DNA of 64,000 nucleotides, from IMG/VR virus record IMGVR_UViG_2884622180_000001, positions 3,013 to 67,012 of that record. One strand, written 5' to 3'. The stretch is from a virus (Duplodnaviria > Caudoviricetes). Positions within the stretch are counted from its first letter, which is position 1. The number at the start of each line of letters is the position of its first letter. The notes under the pieces were generated by a model that ran no database searches, was not told where the DNA came from, and saw nothing but the letters and a program-made list of their open reading frames with translations. Shown here piece by piece: positions 11,682-20,950 of the stretch. The translations under genes and the position numbers were made by a program.

Positions 11682-12130
11682 ATGGATATTAATAAAAGAG
11701 TATTCGCCTTGCTTCTCTTTGCTGTTTCAACTATACTCATAGGCTGTACGAAAGATTATAGCTATGCTACTGGTCTGATCATTGAAAACCGTAGCAAACA
11801 TGCCATCGAGATTACGGTGGAGACAAATCCCGGAGGCGATCGGTTGATTCCGATACCTCTCCGTTTAAAAGACGGAGAGGTATATTCGGGTGGATATTCT
11901 ACGGAAGGTTCATTTGCTGGCTATCCGAATTTTTAAGTGCCCGAATCAAATTCGATAATGATATCGAAATTGTTCATCGTATCGAAGACGGGAATGCTTA
12001 CCATAATTTTTGCGATGAAAAGGCGTGTGTTCGAAGTCAGCCGAATAAAGAGCGCGAGGTATTCACATTCGTATTTACGAACGAAGACTACGAATATGCC
12101 AGAGAGCATGCAAATAAAACAAAAATATAA
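11682..12130 (+). pseudogene. Small lipoprotein paralog 3, frameshifted at a T5 run (11930-11934)
   Basis: One extra T gives YPNFLSARIKFDND...FTFVFTNEDYEYAREHANKTKI, collinear with paralog 1. Confidence 0.75.
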
Positions 12131-12147
12131 CAATAATACAAAGCAGC

Positions 12148-12594
12148 ATGTGGATGAACTATTTGCGTCTTGGTAGCATTGTAATGCTTTGCTGTCTGTT
12201 ATCGGGTTGCGATACTTCTCGCACCGAATATGTGCATCATGGAGAATGGGTCTATCGGAATGAATCCTCATATAAAATCGAGATCAAAGGCGCTATCGTG
12301 TCGTGGGCCATACTTGAAACCGCTACGTTTACATTACCTCCGGCCGAAATGCATCGTATTGATTTTTGGTCTGACGGGGATAAACATATTACGCCGGATG
12401 CGATCGGGTTTCCATTCATGTATCTTCCGGAGGTTGAGTGTAGCATTACAATAGATGACGCCGAGGCGATCCGATTGGTTCCGGACGAAGGCATCCGGAA
12501 TAGGAATAATTATCAAGTCGAAAAATTGGGAACCAACGATTTCCGGTTCACCTACGTCTTTACCGACGAAAATGTTGCTGGTCTCACACTGTGA
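12148..12594 (+). CDS. Small lipoprotein paralog 4 (second subfamily)
   Basis: Lipobox LSGC; WVYRNESS and NYQVEKLGTNDFRFTYVFTDE. Confidence 0.75.
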   Translation: MWMNYLRLGSIVMLCCLLSGCDTSRTEYVHHGEWVYRNESSYKIEIKGAIVSWAILETATFTLPPAEMHRIDFWSDGDKHITPDAIGFPFMYLPEVECSITIDDAEAIRLVPDEGIRNRNNYQVEKLGTNDFRFTYVFTDENVAGLTL

Positions 12595-12606
12595 GTTATT
12601 TCTTTT

Positions 12607-12645
12607 AAGGCAGTCGCCAAACAAATGGCGACAGCCTTATACACC
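12607..12645 (+). repeat. Hairpin-containing intergenic repeat (second copy 13127-13165)
   Basis: AAGGCAGTCGCC-N8-GGCGAC(A/T)GCCTT-ATACACC after paralogs 4 and 5. Confidence 0.7.
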
Positions 12646-12678
12646 TGCTAACAAAATTAAACAATAAAACAAAGCAGT

Positions 12679-13116
12679 ATGCGGATGAACTATTTGTTAC
12701 TTGGAATTTGCGGAATCAGTAGCATGTTGGTGAGTTGTAACAGAATGTCAAATACTGATTACCGGGCAGATTCGGATTGGGTTTACCTGAATCATTCATC
12801 CCACGAATTATACATTGTATTGGGACAAGGAGAATATGATGATTCCGAAACAAATTTCGTGCTCCAGGCAGGTGCGAGCCATACGATAGAATTGAGGTCG
12901 TTTGCTACAGCAGATAATTTGCAGACAACAGATTTTAGCTCACCGTATAAGTATCACGGCGCAACGGTTGAAATCGGTACAACAAAATATACAATAGCTC
13001 CTAACAAGGGATTTGCAAATGCGAACAATTATCAGGTAGAGAAATTAGGCACCAACTATTTTCGGTTTACCTATGTTTTCACCGATGAAACTATTGCCAG
13101 CCAAACACCACAGTGA
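12679..13116 (+). CDS. Small lipoprotein paralog 5 (second subfamily)
   Basis: Lipobox LVSC; WVYLNHSS and NYQVEKLGTNYFRFTYVFTDE. Confidence 0.75.
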   Translation: MRMNYLLLGICGISSMLVSCNRMSNTDYRADSDWVYLNHSSHELYIVLGQGEYDDSETNFVLQAGASHTIELRSFATADNLQTTDFSSPYKYHGATVEIGTTKYTIAPNKGFANANNYQVEKLGTNYFRFTYVFTDETIASQTPQ

Positions 13117-13182
13117 TACATATTCAAAGGCAGTCGCCTGATAAAAGGCGACTGCCTTATACACCGTCTAAAAAATACAACA

Positions 13183-13799
13183 ATGCGCCATGCCGTACAA
13201 ATATGCCATTTAATATTCGTTTTATGCCTTTTGACCTCAGCGAGAATAGTCCAAGCCCAATATATTCCCGACAAGTCGTATAAAGACGGTAATTTTATGC
13301 TTGAAGTTGGAGCGTTCACAAGCACAGATTCTAAAATTCCGTTTATGGGATTCTCCCTGACACCTGTTGGCAGCTATACTTTTAGCAAACATTTGTTTAT
13401 GGGTGGCGGCATATCGTTCTGCTTTAATACAAGCAATGACTTTTTCAGTATGTCTGTACCCTTGTTTAGTATTCGCTGTTGAAATCAAGAGTTACACCAT
13501 ACATTTTATTGGATATAGGCTTCGATCCGGCATATATTTCTATTGATTATGATATAAGCGAAGATTATATACCCTCACATGGAGACTTATGGATCTATGA
13601 AACTCACGGTGGCTTCTATCTTCGGCCCGAATTAGGAGTCTCGCTGCATTTGCGGCGACGCAGAAGCGTAAATTTCGGTATCACCTACTGCCGTCAACGT
13701 GGTGATTTTAAACGGATGGAGCGACGGAACGGCAAGATCGAGGCAGTTCCCTATTCCAAGGTTGGAAAATTGACTTTTAGAGGCGGATTTACTTTTTGA
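13183..13799 (+). pseudogene. Outer-membrane beta-barrel protein, frameshifted near 13480
   Basis: Signal peptide, alternating beta-strand pattern, SVPLF/SRVTPY/GGFYLRPELG motifs, terminal FRGGFTF; split into two overlapping ORFs. Confidence 0.65.
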
Positions 13800-14564
13800 T
13801 GTTAGACCACTTGGATACAAAAACGGCGGACGATTCTGCCGCCATTGCTTCTGCGAACCAAGCAATGATCCTATTTTGCAGCTTACTACGTCCTCTATGT
13901 ATTGGCAATGTCTTTTCTTTCTTCCGACGATTGAAAGTAAGACCACACGCTTTCCGTCAAGAAAATACAAAGAAATTACGAACACAGCTCACAAAACAAA
14001 AAAGCATCAAATGATGGACAATATTCATTTGATGTTTTTATTGTACCCGGAGCCGAACAGCAAGACAGAATCCGAAAAGAAGCACAGACTGCGGGTGGAG
14101 TACGGACGGAAACGCCGACGATGACATGACTCGCGGATGAGACGAATGATTTTCTTTTTTCACTAGCCGCTTTTATAAAACTTCCGCCGATAGTTTCTAT
14201 TTTCTCGAAAAGGTGCGCGAGCATCTAAACCTGCGAATGCAACGTGATGACGAAAAAGAACGAGAGCAGAGACGCTGATTAAATAATGCGGATAGAAAGG
14301 GCTATCCGCATTTTGCATAAACTCTATTATTACCGTTCGTTTATTTTGCAATTTCCCAAAAATATTCTATATTTGCATAGAGTTGTTTGATGAATTACAA
14401 AGTGCCGCAGTTCAGCACAGTTACATAGTCGCTAAATCGTTACCGACAACCTCCTCTTTTCTGATTTATACTGTCATTCTGACAGATACACCAAAGTTTT
14501 TATCCTTTGCAAAAGATAACGAATTTTATGACGATTACGGTATATTCCCCGACAAATAATCGCA

Positions 14565-14621
14565 CTACCTCTTCCTCTCGATCTGGATATATCCCGAATA
14601 CTTCACTTCCACATAGGGATT
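14565..14621 (-). pseudogene. Orphan duplicate of the 3' end of the DUF6549 gene
   Basis: Encodes NPYVEVKYSGYIQIERKR* versus NPYVEVKYSEYIRVEKRKRK* at the end of 15330-15947. Confidence 0.75.
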
Positions 14622-14716
14622 AGATCTGGCGGATAGCTATGTTATTATAGAGCGGCTTTTTACAAAAAATAAGGCCGGAGCATTATTCTCTAGCCTTATT
14701 TTGCGAAAAGCTCTAC

Positions 14717-15016
14717 TTATTCCTGCAACAATTTCGTATGGGACATATCCTGTACGATAACACCTTGTTCCGTTCGCTCATAAGCCAACACCCAGTGCTT
14801 TTCAAATACAGCACAACGATAGCCTAACGCACACCATTTTCTGAATCGGCACAAAGGATGATCCACTTCAACTCCGAATGACTGAATATATGCCAAAAAC
14901 CTGTCCCGGTAAGCTAAGGCAGCCTCTTCAGACAAGCAAAGGTCATTTTTAAGATAGGCGACCAACTCGCCTAATTTATCCACTACCAGCGCAGATACGA
15001 TGATATTGCGACTCAT
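14717..15016 (-). CDS. RelE/ParE-like toxin
   Basis: 99 aa; GYRCAVFEKHWVLAYE pattern; coupled downstream of a small gene. Confidence 0.6.
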   Translation of the reverse strand: MSRNIIVSALVVDKLGELVAYLKNDLCLSEEAALAYRDRFLAYIQSFGVEVDHPLCRFRKWCALGYRCAVFEKHWVLAYERTEQGVIVQDMSHTKLLQE

Positions 15017-15222
15017 TGCTTATACGCTCTGCTGATTTCTTCAGTAAATCGAGCGCCGAATTCGGACAATGACACCGCACCTTCTGCCATTGCCTTATCC
15101 CATGCGCTTGTTTTTGCTTGGTTGGAGTCTTTCTCGCCCATAACCGTGACGGATTTGTGATTGCGGATCAAATCCACCAACCATTTCCCTTCGGGAGTAT
15201 CTTCAATCATAATATGTGTCAT
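15013..15222 (-). CDS. Putative antitoxin
   Basis: 69 aa, overlaps the toxin start; TATATTTG -7 box at 15251-15258 on the minus strand. Confidence 0.55.
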   Translation of the reverse strand: MTHIMIEDTPEGKWLVDLIRNHKSVTVMGEKDSNQAKTSAWDKAMAEGAVSLSEFGARFTEEISRAYKQ

Positions 15223-15329
15223 AACAGCCGGATGTTAATTTGTCCTTGTGCAAATATAACGAAATTCGGGCCGCCAGTCGTATTTCTCACAAAAAATAAT
15301 TCCGGAAGCGGATCGACGCCTCCGGAATA

Positions 15330-15947
15330 TCACTTGCGTTTTCTCTTCTCCACCCGGATATACTCCGAATACTTTACCTCCACATAGGGATTGTCGCTCG
15401 TAATGACTTGACGGACGCCTTTGACCTTCCATCGCCACCAGAGGAACTTGTGCTTGTACTCGATCACTACGGCCTGATGGAGCGTTACGGGGATGCGTAC
15501 GTCGGCCCGGAGCGTACTGTCTTCGATAATGCCCTTGAACTCGATATGGGGATTTATCATCTCCACGCTCTTTACCGCCACCCGCACCGTATCGCGTACG
15601 ATGACCGAATCCCTCACAGGCGCCGTGATCCGTGCCTCGACTTCCATCCGGTGCCGGGCTGCGGCTTCGAGATCTTTAATACGCAGTCCGAGGCGGCGGA
15701 TCAGCTCGGCGTCCTCGGCGCGGTACTCCTCGAACTCGGCGACCGTCAGGCGCAGCGTCCGCACGTCGAGGGCCATGCGCGCGGAGTCGATCTGGCGGCG
15801 TTCGACGTCAGCGAGCAGCGTCTCGGTGTTCTGTCGGTAGCGGTCGCGCTCCCTCTCGAGCCGTGCGGCCCGACGCCAGAGCAGCACCGTCGCAGCGACT
15901 GCCAGCGCCAGTGCAACGAGCAGCAGGCGGTTAAACAGCCGTTTCAT
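15330..15947 (-). CDS. DUF6549 family protein, putative spanin-like lysis protein
   Basis: N-terminal TM helix, coiled coil RDRYRQNTETLL, VRDSVIVRDTV, C-terminal NPY pattern. Confidence 0.65.
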   Translation of the reverse strand: MKRLFNRLLLVALALAVAATVLLWRRAARLERERDRYRQNTETLLADVERRQIDSARMALDVRTLRLTVAEFEEYRAEDAELIRRLGLRIKDLEAAARHRMEVEARITAPVRDSVIVRDTVRVAVKSVEMINPHIEFKGIIEDSTLRADVRIPVTLHQAVVIEYKHKFLWWRWKVKGVRQVITSDNPYVEVKYSEYIRVEKRKRK

Positions 15948-16149
15948 CGTCGAGTGCATCCTGCGGAATGAACCAAAGATACTCGCCTTGGAAGGCTTTG
16001 TCGAGCAGCACCATGTAACCGATCAGCCGGCCGGGGATGGCCATCACCAGCTCGGTTACCGTGCCGCAGCGCCCGGCGATTCCCGACAGACGCATATCGC
16101 TCAGTTCAATAGAGGGTACGACCCTCACTCTTTCCGTTACTTTCTTCAT
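15931..16149 (-). CDS. Hypothetical protein (72 aa)
   Basis: Coupled ORF inside the minus-strand operon. Confidence 0.55.
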   Translation of the reverse strand: MKKVTERVRVVPSIELSDMRLSGIAGRCGTVTELVMAIPGRLIGYMVLLDKAFQGEYLWFIPQDALDDETAV

Positions 16150-16153
16150 CTTC

Positions 16154-16456
16154 TTACTGTTGGTTTTTTAGTAGTTCTTTGATGTCGGCCCGCATCTCGC
16201 GCAGGTCGGACTGTATGGATGAGAATTGGGTCATCGTCGCCTCGAAGACGGCCTTGTCGAGCTTGATGGCGTTTATGCGATCATACTGGTCGGCGATCTT
16301 TGTCTCCAGTGCGGCGCACTTGCCCTGAAGATCGGCGATGCGGGCCGTGTTGTTGGCGAACTGCACGTAGGTCGTTACGGCAAATGCCAGTACGGTGATG
16401 ATGATTTTGAAGTTCTCCTCCACGAATTCTCGGAATTTTTCGCTTGTATTGGTCAT
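16154..16456 (-). CDS. Membrane-anchored coiled-coil protein (holin/lysis-associated candidate)
   Basis: IIITVLAFAVTTYVQF TM segment followed by a heptad region. Confidence 0.55.
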   Translation of the reverse strand: MTNTSEKFREFVEENFKIIITVLAFAVTTYVQFANNTARIADLQGKCAALETKIADQYDRINAIKLDKAVFEATMTQFSSIQSDLREMRADIKELLKNQQ

Positions 16457-16632
16457 GGCGTTAGGTTGAACAGTAGTAAAAAAGCCTCCTTGACAGCCCC
16501 GATCAGGCTCACGGCGGCCCCGCTGTCCCTGAGCCCGTAGAGGGCCAGCAGGACGATGAGCACGAGGTAAACCGTGCGCTCGACCTGACGGCGCGTTACC
16601 TTACGTCTCTTCGGTCCATTCGGCTTCGGCAT
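16453..16632 (-). CDS. Small membrane protein (59 aa), holin-like; below the ORF track cutoff
   Basis: MPKPNGPKRRKVTRRQVERTVYLVLIVLLALYGLRDSGAAVSLIGAVKEAFLLLFNLTP*; ATGA overlap with the next gene. Confidence 0.55.
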   Translation of the reverse strand: MPKPNGPKRRKVTRRQVERTVYLVLIVLLALYGLRDSGAAVSLIGAVKEAFLLLFNLTP

Positions 16633-17143
16633 AGTCGTCGGCGGGTTTGGGGGTCGAGGGTACGATGACGTTGAAGATGATGCCGTTCTGCGAGCCCTCG
16701 ACCTTGAGCTTCGTCTCGCTGCTGTGCCTTACCGGATAGAGTTCCATAAGGGCCTTGGCTGCGTTCACGGCCACGGCACGCAGGGGCGCCGGAGATATCG
16801 GGTTTCCGAAGCGGTCCTGATAGATTCCCTGCGCCGTTTCGCGCATGACCGCCTTGAGCGTCTCGCTGATCTGCATCTTCACGGCGATGCTCTCCGTATC
16901 GCTCATCATATCGGCGCCGAGCTCCCGGATGCGGGCCATGACCGCCGGCTGGCGGGTCAGGCGCAGGGCCTTGACGCGGAAATGCTCGTCCTCGATGCCG
17001 AACACCTGCTCGTAGCACTTGACCAGCTGTCCGGCGTATTGTAGTCCCCCGCAGACATAAAGCTGACAGAAGTGCTCCTGCTCGGGAGTAAGCGTCTGCT
17101 CTTCGAGGGCCTGCGAGGTGGATTGTGTGATCTTCTTTGCCAT
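16601..17143 (-). CDS. Probable terminase small subunit
   Basis: LTPEQEHFCQLYV resembles the TerS LTxKQxxF HTH start; helical oligomerisation region; about 180 aa. Confidence 0.55.
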   Translation of the reverse strand: MAKKITQSTSQALEEQTLTPEQEHFCQLYVCGGLQYAGQLVKCYEQVFGIEDEHFRVKALRLTRQPAVMARIRELGADMMSDTESIAVKMQISETLKAVMRETAQGIYQDRFGNPISPAPLRAVAVNAAKALMELYPVRHSSETKLKVEGSQNGIIFNVIVPSTPKPADDYAEAEWTEET

Positions 17144-17193
17144 ATCGTTTACCGAAAACCCCGAACGACCGGCATCCGGGGATCCATTCACCT

Positions 17194-17202
17194 AAGAATA
17201 GG
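17194..17202 (-). promoter_or_regulatory. Candidate phage promoter motif CCTATTCTT
   Basis: Exact motif copy upstream of the TerS/lysis operon. Confidence 0.5.
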
Positions 17203-17493
17203 TTACTTTTCCTCGGGTGGTTTTGCGAAGTCCCGCTTCTGGGCGATAAGCCGGTCCATGAGCGCCTCGTAAAAGACGTCGGCCATGCTGTCGGCCATCG
17301 CCTCGGCGTCAGCCAGCGAGTTGATGAGTTTCATGTTAAAGGCTATGTCGAGTCCGTAACCCGATATGGTGGCCATGAACTCCACGCCGTCGGCTCCCAG
17401 CACGCCGTAGGTCGTCAGATCCTTCACGCGGAAGGTGATCGTCTCCTCGCCTTTATCGTTGCAGCCGAGCACTACGTTTTCATTCCGTTCCAT
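17203..17493 (-). CDS. Hypothetical protein (96 aa)
   Basis: ORF at the end of the replication operon. Confidence 0.6.
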   Translation of the reverse strand: MERNENVVLGCNDKGEETITFRVKDLTTYGVLGADGVEFMATISGYGLDIAFNMKLINSLADAEAMADSMADVFYEALMDRLIAQKRDFAKPPEEK

Positions 17494-17502
17494 ACGTTGT
17501 CG

Positions 17503-18267
17503 CTATATCAGAAAGTGATCCCTCGTTTTCTCCTTGCGTGCGGCGCCGGGCATCGCATCCCCGCCGTTACGCATGCGGGCCGCGCAGACACGGACGATCT
17601 CGAGCGTCGCCGCGACGTCGGCCCCGGCATCGTGGGCGTCGTCGAGCTCCACACCGAGGCGTTCGGCGATGATTTCCAACTTGTATGACGTAACCCCGGG
17701 ATCGGCCCCCAGAGCCAGCCGTGCAAGCAGTATCGTATCCAGATAGAGAGGCTGGAAGTTGCCATAGAAGTCGGTTTTCCCGGCGAAGGTCTTCTCGTAC
17801 TCCTTCGTAAGGCCCGCATAGCTCATCAGCTGCGTGAGAAAGCCGATATCGAAAGTGATGTTCTGGCCGATCAGCACCGGTTTGCACTGTACGCCCTTGC
17901 TGAGCGTCGCCCGCTCGGCGAAACGGAGCACGGCCCCGGCGACCTCCTTCAGGTCGACGCCCTGTGCCGTGAGCGTCTCCATTGTGATGCCCGAATATTC
18001 CAGTGCCCGCGGCTCGTAGTCCATCCGCTCGGTGGGCTGCGCCAGTTCGTGCTTTGTTTTGAGCACCTTGCGCCGGGCCGCGCCCAGCTCCTGCTTGCAG
18101 TACGGGGCAATGTAGGCCGCGTAGCGGTCGAAGACCTCCAGCGTATCGAGCCGGATGGCCTCGAGGGCAATCTGGGTGCAGGCGCAGCGCACGGGGTCGA
18201 GCCCTCCGGTCTCGAAGTCGAGGCCCACGGCCGTATAGATCTTCTTCTCTACCGCAGGTGCTGCCAT
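17503..18267 (-). CDS. DEDDh 3'-5' exonuclease (DnaQ-like)
   Basis: LDFETGG, GQNITFDIGF, HDAGADV motifs. Confidence 0.85.
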   Translation of the reverse strand: MAAPAVEKKIYTAVGLDFETGGLDPVRCACTQIALEAIRLDTLEVFDRYAAYIAPYCKQELGAARRKVLKTKHELAQPTERMDYEPRALEYSGITMETLTAQGVDLKEVAGAVLRFAERATLSKGVQCKPVLIGQNITFDIGFLTQLMSYAGLTKEYEKTFAGKTDFYGNFQPLYLDTILLARLALGADPGVTSYKLEIIAERLGVELDDAHDAGADVAATLEIVRVCAARMRNGGDAMPGAARKEKTRDHFLI

Positions 18268-18782
18268 TGTCCGATGATTTGCATGAGTCGGTCGGCCCCT
18301 TCGAGGAACTCCGCCTCGGTGTTGTTATTCCCCAGCACCACGTCGATCATGGAATAGTCCACCTGACGGCGGTGGCTGTCGCGCTCGATACGCTCGGCAT
18401 CGACGCCCCGCGCGGGCAGGTTCTCCGCCCGGCAGGAGACATAGACGGCGAAGACGTCGTACTCCGCTCCGACCGTCTGTTTGAGGGCGCGGATGCCGTT
18501 CTCGTCCACCACGTAGGTGCAGTAACCTGACGCAGGGAGCTGGCTCTTCCGGGAGAAGTATTCGTGTTTCCCGAAACGGGTGTAGGTCAGCATCGCTTCC
18601 CGGCTGATCCCGCGGGTACTGCTTACGAAGAAATAATCCTCGCCTTCCCGCTCGTCCGGACGCCGCGGGCGCGTGGTGGTCGATACGATGGCGGGAATGC
18701 CGTATTTACGTTGCAGGTACTTCGACAGTGTGGTCTTGCCGGAACCCGAAGCACCCGCGATGGCAATGATTACTGGTTTCAC
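18249..18782 (-). CDS. gmk: Guanylate kinase-like nucleotide kinase
   Basis: GASGSGKTT P-loop; STTTRPRRPDEREGEDYFFV signature. Confidence 0.8.
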   Translation of the reverse strand: MKPVIIAIAGASGSGKTTLSKYLQRKYGIPAIVSTTTRPRRPDEREGEDYFFVSSTRGISREAMLTYTRFGKHEYFSRKSQLPASGYCTYVVDENGIRALKQTVGAEYDVFAVYVSCRAENLPARGVDAERIERDSHRRQVDYSMIDVVLGNNNTEAEFLEGADRLMQIIGQWQHLR

Positions 18783-20950
18783 TCTTGCGATAATATGGAG
18801 GTTTTGGTCGTATGCAGGGTGTTGGCACCCGAATAGTCGCTGTACTTGATGACGGCCGTAAGAATCACGATACGGTCTTTGAAGCCCATGATCTCGGCGC
18901 GGCGGGAGCTGAAAAAATCGTTCCAGCAGACCGCCTCGATCGTATCGGTGTTCTGTTGCAGGGTCATCTTGCAGAACGCGACCCGGTCGCCCGTCGTCCT
19001 GTCCTTATAGGATAGCTCCTCCACATCGGTTACGGTTGCACAGACGGCGACTTTTTTCCCTTCGTTCTCCATCACGAGGGCGTCGTGCAGGCTCATGTAC
19101 GACGCGCGGCCCTTGATCCGGACACGAACTGCCGACTCGTCGAAGATGCGGCGGTAGTCCACGGATCCGATGCCCGACACGGCGATCTGCTGCCGGGCCC
19201 AGAAGTGGTGCTTGACGATCTCTTCCGGCGGATAGTCCCGCTCGTTGAGCGCGAAACCCAGCTCCGCGGCGGCACGCTGAAGGATGCCGTAACGCTCGGT
19301 AACAGATGCGATACGTTCCACCGTATCGAAGCAGCCGGCCAAAATCAGGTTACGGACATGGCGGGCGTTTACGGGGACACGTTCCGCCTCGGCAGGCGGA
19401 AGGTCGTCCTCCCATGTACGGTATTTCTTGAGCCGGTGGCGGAAGATGCGGCGGATGAAATCCCCGATGCCCGCAAACTCCCCGCCGCGCTCCCGCTCGC
19501 GGACGATATATTCTGCCGTCTTGATGCCGACCATCTTGATGCGGCCGAGCGACCAGTAGATACTGTCGCTGCCATAGTCCGTATAGAACTGCACCTGCGA
19601 GCGGTTGATCTCGGGCGGCACGATGCGGGCCCCGGAGCACCGCTCCATTTCGGACATCAGCGCAACGATTTCCTTGTCGTCGGCATACTGCAGGGCCACG
19701 GTATAGAAAGCCGTGGGATAGTTGGCCTTGAGCCACGCACCGGCATAGGCCGTAATCGCATAGGCCGTGGCGTGGGACAGATTGAAGAGATAAATTCCGG
19801 CGCTTTCGATCAGATCCCAGATACGCAGGGCATCTTCTTTTGGGCATCCTTTCTCTGCGGCCCCGGCCATAAACTTCTCCCGCATGGCATGGATGACGTC
19901 GATCTTTTTCTTGGAAATCAGCTTGACGAGCCGCACACCCTCGGCCAATGAAAAGCCGCCCACGTCGCGGACAAGCCGGCTGACCTGCTCCTGATAGATC
20001 AGTTCGCCGTAGGTGGTATGCAGAGCCTCGTACGTTCCCCACAGATAGACCGGAGCGACCTCGCCCAGACGGCAGCGCAGGTAGTTCTCCGCCGCGCCGG
20101 AGTCGAGCGTCGCAGGACGATAGAGAGCATTGGCTGCGATCAAATCGCCGATCGACGCCGGCTGCATATCCTGCAGGTAACGCGTCATGCCTGCCGAGGA
20201 GAGCTGGAATATGTTGGCCGTGTACCCTTCGCAAAGCAGACCGTAGGTCTTCTTGTCATCCAGCCCGCTGCGGACGATCTCCTCGAAAGAGAGCTTTGTG
20301 CCGTACTCACGATTTATCTCGTCCAGCACGCTCTGAATCTTGGTCAGCTCCAAAATGCCGAGGCAGTCGTTCTTCAGAAGGCCCACCTCATCCAGCGAGT
20401 AGCCGTCCAGCTCGCTGACGAGCATGCCGTCCACCCGTTTTACGGGCGTGAAGTCGAAGCATTCGGCCACCTCTCCGTCACGGGTTTCCGGCGTGATCAG
20501 GATGGCCGAAGCATGCACCGAGGCCGAGCGAGGCTGGCCCAGCAGCGGGCGCATATCCTCGACGACCTGCGGGTAGTCGTTCACGAACTTGCGGACTTTG
20601 GGCGTGCGGGCCGCCAGACGGAACAGGTCGGTCCATGTCGCATCCGAAGTGTCGATGATCGCCGAGATATAGCCTGCCAGCGACACGGGAATCCTATGCA
20701 CGCGGCAGACGTCTTTCAGGCAGGCTTTGAGCTTCATGGTCGAGAACGTCCCGGCCGAGAAGACCCGCTGCCGTCCTTCGGTATTGTAGCGGCGCTCCAG
20801 ATACTCCTTGACCTCCTGACGACGGTCGGCCTGATAATCGACATCGACGTCGGCCAGCACGCGGCCGGGGCCTTGCAGGTAGCCGGCGTCCGCAACGGTG
20901 TCGAGCGCCTCGGTCGGCTCGGTTTCGTGTGTGATTTTCGTTATCTTCAT
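18779..20950 (-). CDS. dnaE: DNA polymerase III alpha, C-terminal part (palm, fingers, OB)
   Basis: ADVDVDY, SVHASA, KNDCLG, IFQLSS, ANALYRP, IYQEQ, FNLSHATAY motifs. Confidence 0.9.
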   Translation of the reverse strand: MKITKITHETEPTEALDTVADAGYLQGPGRVLADVDVDYQADRRQEVKEYLERRYNTEGRQRVFSAGTFSTMKLKACLKDVCRVHRIPVSLAGYISAIIDTSDATWTDLFRLAARTPKVRKFVNDYPQVVEDMRPLLGQPRSASVHASAILITPETRDGEVAECFDFTPVKRVDGMLVSELDGYSLDEVGLLKNDCLGILELTKIQSVLDEINREYGTKLSFEEIVRSGLDDKKTYGLLCEGYTANIFQLSSAGMTRYLQDMQPASIGDLIAANALYRPATLDSGAAENYLRCRLGEVAPVYLWGTYEALHTTYGELIYQEQVSRLVRDVGGFSLAEGVRLVKLISKKKIDVIHAMREKFMAGAAEKGCPKEDALRIWDLIESAGIYLFNLSHATAYAITAYAGAWLKANYPTAFYTVALQYADDKEIVALMSEMERCSGARIVPPEINRSQVQFYTDYGSDSIYWSLGRIKMVGIKTAEYIVRERERGGEFAGIGDFIRRIFRHRLKKYRTWEDDLPPAEAERVPVNARHVRNLILAGCFDTVERIASVTERYGILQRAAAELGFALNERDYPPEEIVKHHFWARQQIAVSGIGSVDYRRIFDESAVRVRIKGRASYMSLHDALVMENEGKKVAVCATVTDVEELSYKDRTTGDRVAFCKMTLQQNTDTIEAVCWNDFFSSRRAEIMGFKDRIVILTAVIKYSDYSGANTLHTTKTSILSQE

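Noticed and set aside
10603-11684. CRISPR array interpretation of the direct repeats
   Set aside because: Repeats are over 100 bp, overlap coding ends, and are separated by whole gene cores; no cas genes in the window
14011-14124. Possible remnant of an integrase arm-DNA-binding domain (MMDNIHLMFLLYPEP...LRVEYGRKRRR)
   Set aside because: Only 37 aa with a weak resemblance; not supportable without an HMM search
14368-14520. Orphan TATATTTG promoter followed by a 12-codon ORF; possible sRNA or leader
   Set aside because: No recognisable structure or partner; could be island debris
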